A stretch of DNA of 63,874 nucleotides, counting the filler, from Basidiobolus ranarum (Eukaryota): assembly GCA_040143965.1 (NCBI GenBank). It is 3 parts of 3 records of this genome, joined end to end, with 100 filler letters (N's around TTAATTAATTAA, not from the genome) between each part and the next. Parts side by side here need not be neighbours in the genome. Positions count along the whole stretch, not along the records: positions 1 to 21,299 come from JASJQH010007085.1; 2 more parts are not named here. One strand, given 5' to 3'. The position numbers and the translations under genes are program-made. Under the pieces are notes generated by a model. That model worked only from the letters and a program-made list of their open reading frames with translations. It was not told where the DNA came from and did not search any database. Positions 1 through 12,137 of the stretch are shown here, piece by piece; position 1 is the first letter of the stretch, and every line of letters starts with the position of its first letter.

Positions 1-2718
1 GGAGTTACCACAGTTATATGACCAGAATGATATAGGTCAAAATGCAACTTTGGTCAAACCAGTAAGTCCAGACAACTTTGAGGACTTGCTGCTAGATGTT
101 GACCTTGGTTATTCCAGTACCAATGGTAGTATTTCAGAAGTTGAAGAGGAAGATGATGGTTTTGTTACAGACTCTTTGTTATTGGCAACATTAGTCCACT
201 CATAACACTTACTGTAAAGGATGCAGCTATAATTATTGAGGAGTGGAGAGTTCAATTCAATCTTAGCAACCAGGTGTTTATTGGTTTTCTTATGCTTTTA
301 CCATAGTTGATTGGCAACTGTTGCTTGCCACAGACCTGGTACAAGTGGGAAACACTTGTCAATCGTATGACTTCAAATCCTTCAGTAATTAATCTACCTT
401 CATGTCCAAATGGATGTTTGGCTTTCACCAGTGATCTGAAATACCTGAAATCATGTACTGTTTCCACACAGTTGGCAATCACTGAATTGGGTAAATATCA
501 ATCATATTTGGCTTACATACCATTGATTACCCATCTTAAAGTTTTGATGAAATCACCCAAATATAGATCATTGATCCAATACCAAAGGACTCACTGTAAA
601 GCTGATGGTATAACTGATATACTAGATGGACATCACTACCAGAATCTGAAAAGTTCTGGTTTCTTTCAGAACACATATGATCATGCATTTCCATTGGCTC
701 TGGATGGTTTCTAACTAAACAAATATACAGTTGGAAAGGCTTGCTGGCCAAAAATTTTAATCAGCTTAAATCTTCCTCCTTCTGAACAGTATAAGAGTCA
801 TAATATTTTGATACTATTCATCATATCTGGACCTAAATCACCGGTGATTATAGATAGCTTCTTGGAGCCTTTAATAGTGGAATTTAACGGTTATCTAATG
901 GGGTTCACATGGGTTAGTATTTTATTAAAGTTAACATCATCATATGTATTGGTGACACTCCTGCCATCAGTAAACTTGGAGGTTTTTGTGGGCACAATGC
1001 ACTCTCTTGCTGTAGATTTTGTCAAATCAATGGAGTTTACTCTAACAGGCATATGCATTACTACTATCCAAATCCAACACTAAACTTCATCATTTTACCA
1101 TCAAGAGCCCAGTCAGATTTCAATATGAGCACTGATATCAATTCACCAAATAGTCAGTCTAACATTAAACTTGACATTAGCTGTAAGCCTAAGATTATAT
1201 TGCTAAAGGGGATTAACTATAGCCGGAGCTTCCCATCAGGCACTATGCACTTACTATTCAATAACATTCCAATACTACTGACTCAGCTATATGGTGGAAA
1301 GTTCAATACAAATGAGCCATTTCAGATAGGATCAAAGTTTGAATCAATTGGGAAAATGCATGAAAATGTCAAGAGACCATCTAATTTTACCAGGACTCCC
1401 ATATATATACACTCAACTAGGCATTTATTTGAATGCAAAGACTGGAAGTATTGGATTTGTATATACTCAAGTGGAATTTTGAAAAGATTTCTGCCTGATA
1501 AGTATTGGCAACATTGGGAGTTGTTTGTCAATATTGTTAATATATTCTTATGGCATCAAGTCACATTGGCAGATCTCTGGTAGATATAGCAATTGTCTGA
1601 AGATTTTGTAATTGGATATGAAAGACTATATAACAGGTTTAAAGAAGATAGACTGAATCCATGCCAGTATTCGATACATTCCCTGTGCATGTTTCACAAT
1701 GCTTAGAGATTATAGGCCCTTGCTATACATTCTGCAAGTTCCCAATGGAGCGCACCTGGGGTGAAATGATGCTCTGTGTGAAATTGTTAGTATTACCATA
1801 TGCTAACCTGATTAACAATGTATCAGCAAAATCAGTGATGGATATAATGTGATGAGTTAAGGAGACTCCAGAGTATCTTAACCTGCCAACAAAGGGCTCT
1901 TTGCAATGTGCCCATGGGTTTTGGCATTGTTAGAGCACAATAACAATAACAAAGCCCAATCCATGGACACAGGGTAAGTACCTCTATAATTGGACTAATT
2001 TGCTTGTGTGATAATCTATTGGTATTTTTAGGAAAGCTGCAAGACAGACTTCTTGGTGAGATAGATCAAGATATGCAGTATTATTGTTTAAGCCATTGGG
2101 TAATCTTTTCTAGCAGTGACACATCTACTTGTGGAAGGATATTTATTGACTGCAAGTCAGGGATATATTGGCTGAATTCTTTATGGAAATTTGCCAAAAT
2201 ACAGGAGCTTATTCTCTTTGTGAACAATAAAAAGAGTCAGCTATTTGCCAAGTGTTAGTGCTATTCAAAATTTCAGATGTTTAGCAATTTATCCACCATT
2301 AGTTTGCTGGTAAAACATATTGATGTTGTTGAAGTGCATCTTATCAGTTCAGTATGTGCTTATGTAGAGACTATACACAACAAGATACTTGTATTTTTTG
2401 ATTCTCATTATGGCTGGAATACAAAGCCTAAGACATCTAAATAAAGGCATGCATATTAAATCAAATTCCTACAGCAGTAAACACAGTAATTTGCCATCCA
2501 AAAATATATTTTTTCAAAAATTGCCAGACATCAAATAAAGCATGCCAAATTTGAGGATCAATATTGTAATATGTATGAATACCATCAAGAAACCACTGTC
2601 ACACTATCAAAATCCCTGGCAGAATGCAAGCCACCAATATTGTGATGGTTCTCTGATGGTTTTGCTACTTCAGAGGGTGGATCCAATCTGGATCAAATTG
2701 ATTTTATTTTTGTTAGGG
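1..2718 (+). mobile_element. CMC/EnSpm (CACTA-type, Tnp2) DNA transposon, copy 1; decayed transposase and 3' end, 5' part outside the window
   Basis: Broken ORFs carry Tnp2-type motifs (DILDGHHYQNL, LALDGF, CWP..LNLPP, ISGPKSP..DSFLEPL, MHLLFNN, DWKYWICIYS, GPC..F..FPMER). Ends in TGTTAGGG at 2711-2718, the same 8-mer that terminates copies 2 and 4. Confidence 0.85.
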
Positions 2719-5700
2719 AATATAGGATTGTAGTTGAATAGTAAGTGCATATTCAATTAGAAAATCTTTGCACAGTTGCTGTTTCTGCCAGAGATGTGCC
2801 AATGTGAGTTGATACTATAAAAATATATTAGCAATATCCACAAACAACTCCCAATATTACCAATACTGGTCAGGAAGAAATTGTTTCAAGAGTCTATTTG
2901 AATATATACAAATCCAATACTTCCAGTCTTTGCATTTAAATAAATGCCTAGATGAGTGGATATTGATGGGAGTCCTGATGCAATATGATGGTATCTTGAT
3001 GTTTTCATGCATTTTCCCAATTGATTCACACTTTGATCCTATCTCAAATGGCTTATTGATATTGAATTTTCCACTCAATAGCTGAGTAAGCAGTATCTGA
3101 ATGTTGTAAGTTTATCATATTCAATACAACAGCTTCACACAGTTGCTGTATCTGCCTGAGATTGGCCAATAGGAGTTGATGCCATAAAAATATATTAACA
3201 AAATTGACAAACAAATACCAATGTTGCCAATACTTATCAAGCAGAAATCTTTCTTCAGATTCCACTTGAATATATACAAGTCCAATACTTTCAGCCTTTG
3301 CATTCAAATAAATGCCTAGAAGAGTTGATATTGATGGGAGTCCTGGTAAAATATGATGGTATCTTGATGTTTTCAAGCATTTTCCCAATTGATTCAAACT
3401 TTGATCCTATCTCTGATGGCTCATTCATATTGAATTTTCCACTATATAGCTGAGTAAGTAGTATTGGAATGTTGTTGAATAGTAAGTGCATAATGCCTAA
3501 TGGGAAGCTCTTGCTCCAGCTGATCCCCTGTAGCAATATAATCTTAGGCTTATGGCTAATTGCAAGTTTGATGTTAGACAGACTATTTGGTGAATTGATA
3601 TCAGTGAGCATGTTGAAATCTGACCAGGCTCCTGATGGTAAAATCATGGAGATTAGTGCTGTATTTGGATAGTAGCAATGTCTAAGCCTGATAGATTAAA
3701 CTGCATTATTTTTCAAAATCTATAGCAAGATAATATATTATGCCTGCAAAAACCTCCAAGTGTACTGATGGCACAAGTGGCACCAATGCATACATTGATA
3801 TTAGCTTTAATGAAATAATCACCCATCAGAATCCCATAAGATAACCATTCAAATTCCACAATCAATGGCTCCAAGTAGCTACTGATAAGCACTGGTGATT
3901 TTGGTCCAGATATAATGGATAGTATCAAAGTATTATAACTCTTATACCATTCAGAAGGAGGAAGATTCAAGTTAATTCAAGTTATTGGCCAGCAAGCCTT
4001 TTCAACTGTATATTTGCTTAATGAGAAACCAACCAGAGCCATTGCAATTGCTTTATCATACATGTTCTCAAAGAAACCTTGATTTTTCAGATTCTGGTAG
4101 TGATATCCATCAAGTATACTGGTAATACCATGAGCTTTATGGTCAGTACTTTGGTATTGGATCAATGATCTATATTTGGGTGATTTCATTAAAACTTTAA
4201 GACAGGGAATTAACTGTAAGTTAGCCAAATATGAAAAATATCAATCTGATTCAGTGATTACCATTTGTGTGCAAACTGTACATGACTTCAGGCTTTTCAG
4301 ATCACTGGTTCAAGCCAAACAACCATTTGGACATGAAGATAGCTTAATTACTGAAGGATTTTAGGTCATACAATTGACAAGTTTTCCACTTGTACCAGGT
4401 CTGTGGTAAGCAACAGTTGGCAATCAACTGTAATAAAAGTGTAAGAAACCCAATAAGCACCTGGTTGCCAAGATTGGGTTGAACTCTCCACTCCTCAATA
4501 ATCAAAGCTGCTTCCTTTACTGTAAGTGTTATGGGTGGACTATTGCTTGCCAATAACAAAGAATCCATATCAGAACCCTCATCTTCTTCATCAACTTCAG
4601 ATATACTGCCATCAGTATTGGAATAACCAGGGTCAACATCTGGCAGCATGTCCTCAAAGTTGCTTGGACCTACTGGTTCAACCAAAGTTGCATTTCTACC
4701 TATAGCATTCTGGTCATATGACTGTGATAGCTCCATGGAATTTTAACTGTTGGCAATATTACCAAAACTTTGAGGCAAAGCACAGGAGAGGACTCAGTGG
4801 GCAAAAGTAAAGTTGATTTTGTGCACTTATTACTGTTGATATTCACCAGGCTTTGTACAGCTGGTGGCTTTGTACAGTGACTGTGCTTGTGCATGTTTTT
4901 TCTATGAAGCCTTCAGCTCTCATAGCACAAGAATTTGTGACAATAATAGCAGGGCTTCTTTAAATGTTTTTGTTGTGGCATGAGAAGAATATTGTAGAAA
5001 AAAGAACACCTCCTATGTAAGGGCAGTATCTTAGGCATAGTCCATCAATATCATCAGCTGATTCTGAGATAGTTTCACAGATGACTCATTAGGAGATTTA
5101 CAAGATATTTCTGGTAATGGCTGGCAATTTTTGCTTATTACAAGCTAGTTCTTAGCAATTTCCTTAAACCATGCGCACCATCTAACAATTTCAATGCCAC
5201 TAAAAATGCATTCAACATCTGAATCAAAATGGGCTTCCAAGCAAAAGCCTGCTGGAACAAAAGGAAAAAAAACAGCAAGAACAGGGGACTTAATTGCTGG
5301 GCAGTCTAGCAATACACTATCCACTTTGAAAGGCACTAACATGCTGAAAACTAATTCAAGTAATGATAAAGCACTAATCACTTTACCAGATGTGATCCTT
5401 GCCAGTAATAATTGCAAGTGAAAAGATTATAATCTCACAATTATATAGTAAATCAAAAGTTGAGCAAAGTTCAACAGAAACACCTTCAAGACCATCAACT
5501 TCCAAAATATCTACTTTGCCTAATATTGAACAACAATCTGCAGAAAATTAGGATTGAATTATTGCAACAAAGGATTTACAGGTAGAACACCATAATAGTT
5601 TGTATGCAATCATAAGTAAAAACTACAAAGTTATTATACAGGCCTTGACAAGCAATAATGCCGCAATATTGCAATTAATGTAGCATTTGGAAGCAACTAG

Positions 5701-6943
5701 TCAACAGTTAGAGAGTCACTCAACAATGATACAAGACCTTCAGAATGCTGTACTTGAGATACAGCAACAAGCTGCTCCCTCCATCCATTCTCACATGGGA
5801 TTTACCAAAAAACCAGGTGTTATTCTGAAGGTTCTTCACTGATTTCATGTGGCTTATCATGGGTTTTTGCTAGCAAATGGCAATTGGGCTAGTATAGGCT
5901 GGTTCATGAAACATCTCAAAAATGTACACAATTATTGACTTGGAAAAGAAAGAAAAGCACCTAAAGAATTACTGAAGGAGCAGAAAGCTAGTAAACTCAA
6001 GGGAAAAGCAAAGGAGCCAGTGAATTTAGGCTCTACTGTCCCACTTACCAAATTCTTCACACCATAAGAAGTTTTGCATTTCCAGAGTCAGATATACTGG
6101 CAAACAGCTTAATTTACCATGGAACCAGGTACACCAGCTGGAAGATTGCTAGATTTGGAAGCTTATCCACCACCTGGCACCTCTCAACAAGCCAAAACAC
6201 CAGCAAATAAAACTCATGGCTCTCCAACCTCAACTGGTACTTTTCAAAGCATTGAAATTAGCCCCAAAGGTAAAGGCAAGCAAAAAGCCACACAAACACT
6301 GCAAAGCACCCTCAGTAGTTTCATGCCACAAGGACATACAAAAATAGTCAAAGTGCTTGAGGAGTTTTTTCAAAAGTATGAAGGGAAAAATGTGGTGCAA
6401 ATATGCAGAAAGTGGCTTCAGAAGAAGAACATTCAACTTGACATTCAGTCTGGTGTTGACCATGCCAATATCTGGGAAGAACTAAATACAGAGTGGCACA
6501 ATATTGCAGGGTATCCACCAGATAGCTGGAAGAATGTTGATTCAGCAACATTAATACACTGGTGTGCTTTGATGGAGATATTGATACAAACTTGTGTTGG
6601 GTATGAGCTAAACCTTGGGTATGAAGAACTCTATAAAAATATTCAGGAGAATATATCAAAGAGACTAGGGATTTCAAAGGTGACAAATTAGTGTTCAAGT
6701 GGTAATTTTGTAAACTTTGAGTTTTATTTTTTGCACATGTGTTGAACTATAGTTCTCTGAGATTGTAGCCAATCATGTGCAACTATTTTGCAACATCTTG
6801 AAATATCACTCCTGAAACTGAAAAAATTGATTAAAATCAAATCTAACTTGATGATTTTATGATGGTAAGCAAATGATCAATCCCAAATGGATAAAAATTG
6901 TGATGGTGTTCCTACAATAACAATCCTCAAATTTCTGTTAGGG
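2719..6943 (-). mobile_element. CMC/EnSpm transposon, copy 2 (inverted), including the element 5' terminus and the divergent second gene
   Basis: Minus-strand Tnp2 fragments homologous to copy 1 at about 2750-5150, with an internal partial duplication of the GSK.ESIGKM segment. Terminus TGTTAGGG at 6936-6943 reads CCCTAACA on the minus strand. Confidence 0.8.
5194..6691 (+). pseudogene. Accessory (non-transposase) gene of the CMC element, divergent from the transposase; function unknown
   Basis: ORF pieces 5194-5421 and 6119-6691 lie between the transposase start region and the terminus. A homologous copy occurs at 21400-21970 with the same downstream terminus. Confidence 0.6.
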
Positions 6944-7047
6944 GCATATCTTGATCTATTTCACCAAGAAGTCTGTCTTGCAGCTTTCCTAGAAATACTG
7001 TCAGATTATTACACAAATAAATTAGTCCAAATTATAGAGGTACTTAC

Positions 7048-7328
7048 TGTTAAAATTATTTGGGAGAAATATTGATCTGGCCTGGATTTGAATCTGGGAC
7101 CTCCTTTACTCTAGCAAGGTGCTCTAACTACTGAGCTACCAGTCCTTGTATGCTACTCCTATATTGCTAGGGACCCTTAACCTAGTCTGTTATTGTATGG
7201 TACTTTGGCATTTCTGCTTTACAAGCAATTGATTGGCCTTAGACTTTGCATTCAGATGCAGTCACCATACTCCATATTTTCCTCTTTGGGAATGCCTGCT
7301 TGTATCACAAGTCACCAGACTTTCAACA
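7048..7328. mobile_element. 281-bp solo LTR containing a tRNA-derived sequence
   Basis: TGTTAAAA...TTTCAACA ends and exact 5-bp TSD CTTAC (7043-7047 and 7329-7333). The empty site is visible in CMC copy 1 (about 1960-2000), which has a single GTAAG/CTTAC. Confidence 0.85.
7073..7145 (-). pseudogene. tRNA-like sequence (73 nt, anticodon position reads AGA) inside the LTR
   Basis: GGACTGG TA GCTC AGTAGTTA GAGC A CCTTG CTAGAGT AAAGG AGGTC CCAGA TTCAAAT CCAGG CCAGATC A. Canonical arm spacing, perfect D stem, A box and decayed B box; a few mismatches in the acceptor, anticodon and T stems. Confidence 0.8.
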
Positions 7329-9689
7329 CTTACTCTATGTCCATGGTTTGAGCTTTGTTGCTTTTATTGTGCTCAAACAATGCAAAAACCCAAGAGCACA
7401 TTGAAAAGAGCCCCCTTTTGGAAGGTTACTATACTCAGCAGTCTCCATAACCCAATGATTTACATCCTTCACTGATTTTGCTGTTACATTATTAATCAGA
7501 TTAGCATATGGCAATACTGACAATTTCACACAGAGCATCATTTCACCACAAGTGTGCTCCATTAGAACTCCCAGAATGTATAACAAGGGCCTAGAATCTC
7601 TAAGCATTGTGATAGATGTGGCAGGGAATGTATTGAATACTGGCAGAGATTCAGTCTATCTTCTTTAAACCTGTAATAAAGTTTTTCATCTCCAATTACA
7701 AAATCTTTGCACAGTTGCTGTATCAGCCTGGGATCTGCCAATGTGAGTTGATACCATAAGAATATGTTAACAAAGTTGACAAACAACTCCCAATGTTGCC
7801 AATACTTATCAGGAGGAAATCTTTACAAGATTCCACTTGATTATATACAAATCCAATACTTCCAGTCTTTACATTTGAATAAATGCCTAGAGGAGTGGAT
7901 ATTGATGGGAGTCCTGCTAAGATATGATAGTATCTTGATGATTTTAAGCATTTTCCCAATCAATTCAAGCTTTGCTTGTATTTTGAATGGCTCATTCATA
8001 TTGAATTTTCAGCTATATAGCTGAGTAAGTAGTATTGGAATGTTGCTGAAAGGTAAGTGCATAGTGCCTTATGGGAAGCTCTGGCTCTAACTGATCCCCT
8101 TTAGCAATATAATCTTAGGCTTATGGCTAATACCAAGTTTAATGTTGGACTGACTATTTGGTGAATTGATATTATTGATCATGCTGAAATATTCACTCAT
8201 CTGAACCCCATTAGATAAGCATTCAAATTCCACAATCAAAGGCTCCAAGAAGCAATCTATAAGTTCTAGTGACTTAGGTCCAGATATGAAGAATAGTATC
8301 AAAATAGTATGACTCCTATACCAATTCAAAGGAGGCTGATTTAAGTTAATTAAAGTTATTGGCCACAAGTCTTTGCACAGTATATCAGTTTAGCAAGAAA
8401 CCATCAGGAGCCAATGCAAATGCATGATAATATATGTTATCAAAGAAACCTTGACTTTTCAGACTCTGGTAGTGATATCCATTAAGTATGTCAGTAATAC
8501 CATCAGCTTTGTGGTGGGTACTAGGTATTGAATCAATAATCTACATTGGGGTGATTGTATCAAAACTTTAAGATGGGGAATCAATGTTATGTAAGCCAAA
8601 TATGAATGATATTTACCTGATTCAATGATTGCCAATTGTGTGCAAACAGTACATGACATCAGGTTTTTCAGATCACCAGTGAAAGCCAAATAACCATTTG
8701 GACATGAAGGAAGTTTAATTACTGAAGAATTATTAGTCATACAATTGACAAGTATTTTCCATTTGTTCCAGGTCTTTGGCAAAAGTGTAAGAAAATCAAT
8801 AAACATCTGGTTGCTAAGATTGGATTGAAATCTCAGCTCTTGAATAATCAAAGCTGCTTCCTTTAAAACAAGTGTTATGAGTGGACTCATGCTTGCCAAC
8901 AACAAAGAGTCTGTAACTAAACCATTGTCTTCTTCTTCAACTACTGATATACTACCATCAGTCCTGGAATAACTGAGTTCAACATCTAGCAGCATGTTCT
9001 CAAAGCTGTCTGAGCTTAGTGGTTTGACCAAAGTTGCATTTCTATATCCATCATTCTGGTCATATTACTGTGGTAACTCTTTAGTATCTCAACTTTTGGC
9101 AGTGTTACCAAAACTTTGAGGCAAAGTATAGTCAGTGGACTCAGTGGGCAAAATTAAAGTCAATTTTGTGCACTTATTACTGTTGATATTCACTAGGCTC
9201 TGTGCAGCTGGTGGCTTTGTAAAGTGGCCATGTTTGTGATTATTTTTCTATGAAGCCTTCAGCTTTTATAGCACAAGAGTTTGTGACTATAATAGCAGGG
9301 CTTCTTGAAATATTTGTGTTGCAGCATCAGAAGGATATTGTGGAAAAAAGAACACCTACTATGTGAGGGTGGTATTTTAGGTATAGCACATCAATATCAT
9401 CAGTTGCTTCTGAGATGGTGTTACAGATGAGTCATCACAGGATTTACAAGATACTTTTGGTAATGGATGGCAATTTTGGCTTATTATAAGCTGTTTCTCA
9501 TCAAATTCATCATCAATAATGAATTATGTTGGGGATATGCTTTTTAGTGAGAAATAAAGAAGGTGTAATTTCCAGCAAAATAAAGCAGATCAGGCATCCT
9601 TAGAAGCCATAAGATGACCAACAGGCATCAATAATGGAGCCTCCAATACAAAATCAATCATCTTCAAATATGGCAAATATCACGCTATT

Positions 9690-11987
9690 TATTTACAGAT
9701 TGCAGAAAAAGGATTTTTGCAGTTGCTACAATTGAAGCAAGAAAATTAAAAAAGCTCTGACAGGGATTATCTATTTGTGCCTGCCTTGATAGGAACCATT
9801 AAGGAAGACTCAAACATGATATATTGACTCCTGAGCTTCCTAACACATATCAAACCAGAAAAATTTCTTCTCTGTCTTTGAACTAATAAAAACAATGAAA
9901 GTCTAATCAAGAGATGGTTGTGGACTAGATGCAGTGTGTGATTGCACAGCTGTATCTATACTATGCAGCATGCAGTAACCAGTCACAGACTTAAGATCAA
10001 GCTCCAGAGTGTCATTTATCAAAATTGTAAGAAAATGAAATATCTGATCAGTTTTCCTCACTTCAGGACAATGAATATGGTAATGAAGTCCTCTACCATC
10101 AGGAAGAAAGCCAATTGGTTGCAAATGGATCTATGAAGTCAAAAACCAAGCTGATTGAACCATGGAAAGGCACAAAGCAAGAGTTGTTTCAAAAGTTATT
10201 CCCAGACTCCAGAATTTGACTTTAATGATATGTTTGCTCCAGTGGCCAAATTTAGAGCAATTATATACATCCTGGCATTCTCAGCCAACCACAACCTTGG
10301 TTTTCACTAAATGGCTATAAGAACAGCCATGCTTAATGGAAATCTAGAAAAAGAGATTGATATGGAGCAACCAGATAGATTTATTGACCCAAAACATCCT
10401 GATGTAGTTGGTAAGCTGCAAAAATCACTATATAGACTCAAACAAGCGCCTGGGCATGGTACCACAAGATAGATACCTATTTGGAGTTGCTGGAATTCAA
10501 AAATGCACAGCAGATCACAGTATTCTCAGCAAAGTAATCACAAATAGAATCCTTATCTTGGTAGTATATGTGGATGACTTGATCATTGCTACAAATCATC
10601 CAGAAGCACTAAATTAGACAATAAGTAACTTATCAATCCAATTTTAGATGAAAAATATGGGTAAATTAAGTCATTTAATGAAATCCACCTCATGAGAGAC
10701 AAATCTAATCTGAAAAGCATGCTGAAGCAGTCTACATATATCCTAGACTTCTTCCAACACTTCAGCATGGAGAATAGCCAGCCTGTATCAATACCAATGG
10801 ATCCTTATATGAAATTGATGAAAAAAATATCTGGTATGCCCCAAAATTACTCAAATCAAACCCAGAGGTTCCCTTACCAATCCATGGCAGATAGTTTAAT
10901 GTACACAATGGTTGGAACACTTCCAGATATTACTGTGGCATTGGGAGCTGTCAGCCACTATCTCAAAAATCCAAGATCTGAGCACAAAACTGCAGTAAAA
11001 CAGATATTTTGGTAGTTGAGGGGTACCAAAGTTCTAGTTCCGGAACGCTCTGGCACTCCTGATGCACAAAACTTTCAAGGCAACTTTACTGCAAACTGGG
11101 GAAAGAACATAAATGATACAAGAACAACAACTGGGTACACTTTCTCCACAGTAATGGAGCCATAACTTGGAATAGTAAGGAGTAATTAACCATACCAATT
11201 TCAAATATATAAGCAGAGTATATGGCCTCTGCAAATACACATGAAGCCATGTGGTTAAGTAGGTATATTACAGACTCAGGATACATGCAAAAATGTGCTA
11301 TCACTCTATTTGAAGATAAGCTGTAATTCAACAGCTAAAACCCTACATTTCATGCCAGAACAAGACATATAGACATTGGGCATTATTTTGTTAGAAAAGC
11401 AATAGAGCATGATATATTTAAACTTGTCTATTGCCCTACCAAGGAAATGATAGTTGACATCTTAACCTAACCTTTAGCTAAAGCACAATTTGAATCATTA
11501 AGATATAAGTTAGGTTTAAGAGAAATACAGGAATGACTGCTGACATCTTAACCAAACCTTTAGCTAAAGCACTATATGAGCTATTAAGATGTAAGTTAGA
11601 TATAAGAGAAATGCAAGATGATTAGTTGAATGGGAATGTTACAATTAGGTGAATAGCACCTCATTATTTTGTACCTTGTTTATTCATATGCTGATTATTT
11701 AGCACTCAAATCTTCCATTTAAAAACATGTGTTTATTGCTCTAACTTATAGAAATATTAATTAGATCACTTTAACCAATTTGTACCATTTTATCAAATCT
11801 TTTCCAAATCACCTCAAATTTTAACCTATGTTTAACAGGCATGTTTGCTATGATCTAAGCATGTCCAATAGTGATATTTCATGGTACTTGATAAATAGGA
11901 CACATTCAATTCTATATGATTCAAGTGTCTAATTTACAAATCTAAATCTTGTCCTAAATACTTGCAAATCCCCAGAACACTTTATTG
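9690..11987 (+). mobile_element. Degenerate, internally deleted Ty1/copia element (family A): gag/PR remnant, RT-RNase H, 3' LTR
   Basis: LVVYVDDLIIA (RT), MYTMVGTLPDI and RNase H remnants; colinear with 16920-20483. Confidence 0.85.
11637..11987 (+). repeat. Copia family A LTR (3' LTR)
   Basis: Starts TGTTACAATTAGGTGAATAGC after a purine tract (TGAATGGGAA); aligns with the LTRs at 15833 and 20132. Right end approximate. Confidence 0.85.
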
Positions 11988-11989
11988 TG

Positions 11990-12137
11990 AACTTAATTAC
12001 CTTCTCATTTTGGGTCTCAAACAGCCTATAGGCCTTAGATCCATTACAGTAGCCAGGAAATATACATTTACTACGTTGGGCTTTAATTTAGAACATTTTG
12101 AAGCTGGAATAAGGCAACATGCCCTGCAACCAATACA
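11990..12137 (-). mobile_element. Copia family A integrase fragment (downstream half of a split copy)
   Basis: Minus strand encodes SKCIFPGYCNGSKAYRLF, matching RKCIFLGYCNGSRAYRLF at about 18208-18262. Confidence 0.8.

Larger units (their letters stand above)
6944..9497 (-). mobile_element. CMC/EnSpm transposon, copy 3 (inverted, truncated), interrupted by a solo LTR
   Basis: Colinear reverse-complement homology to copy 1 and to copy 2 (4344-5150); ORF 8459-9031 matches the N-terminal part. Confidence 0.85.

Noticed and set aside
6936-6943. Telomeric repeat
   Set aside because: A single TTAGGG hexamer forming part of the transposon TIR, not an array.
7073-7145. Functional tRNA-Ser(AGA) gene
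   Set aside because: Mismatched T stem, decayed B box, no long variable arm and location inside an LTR; reported as tRNA-derived instead.
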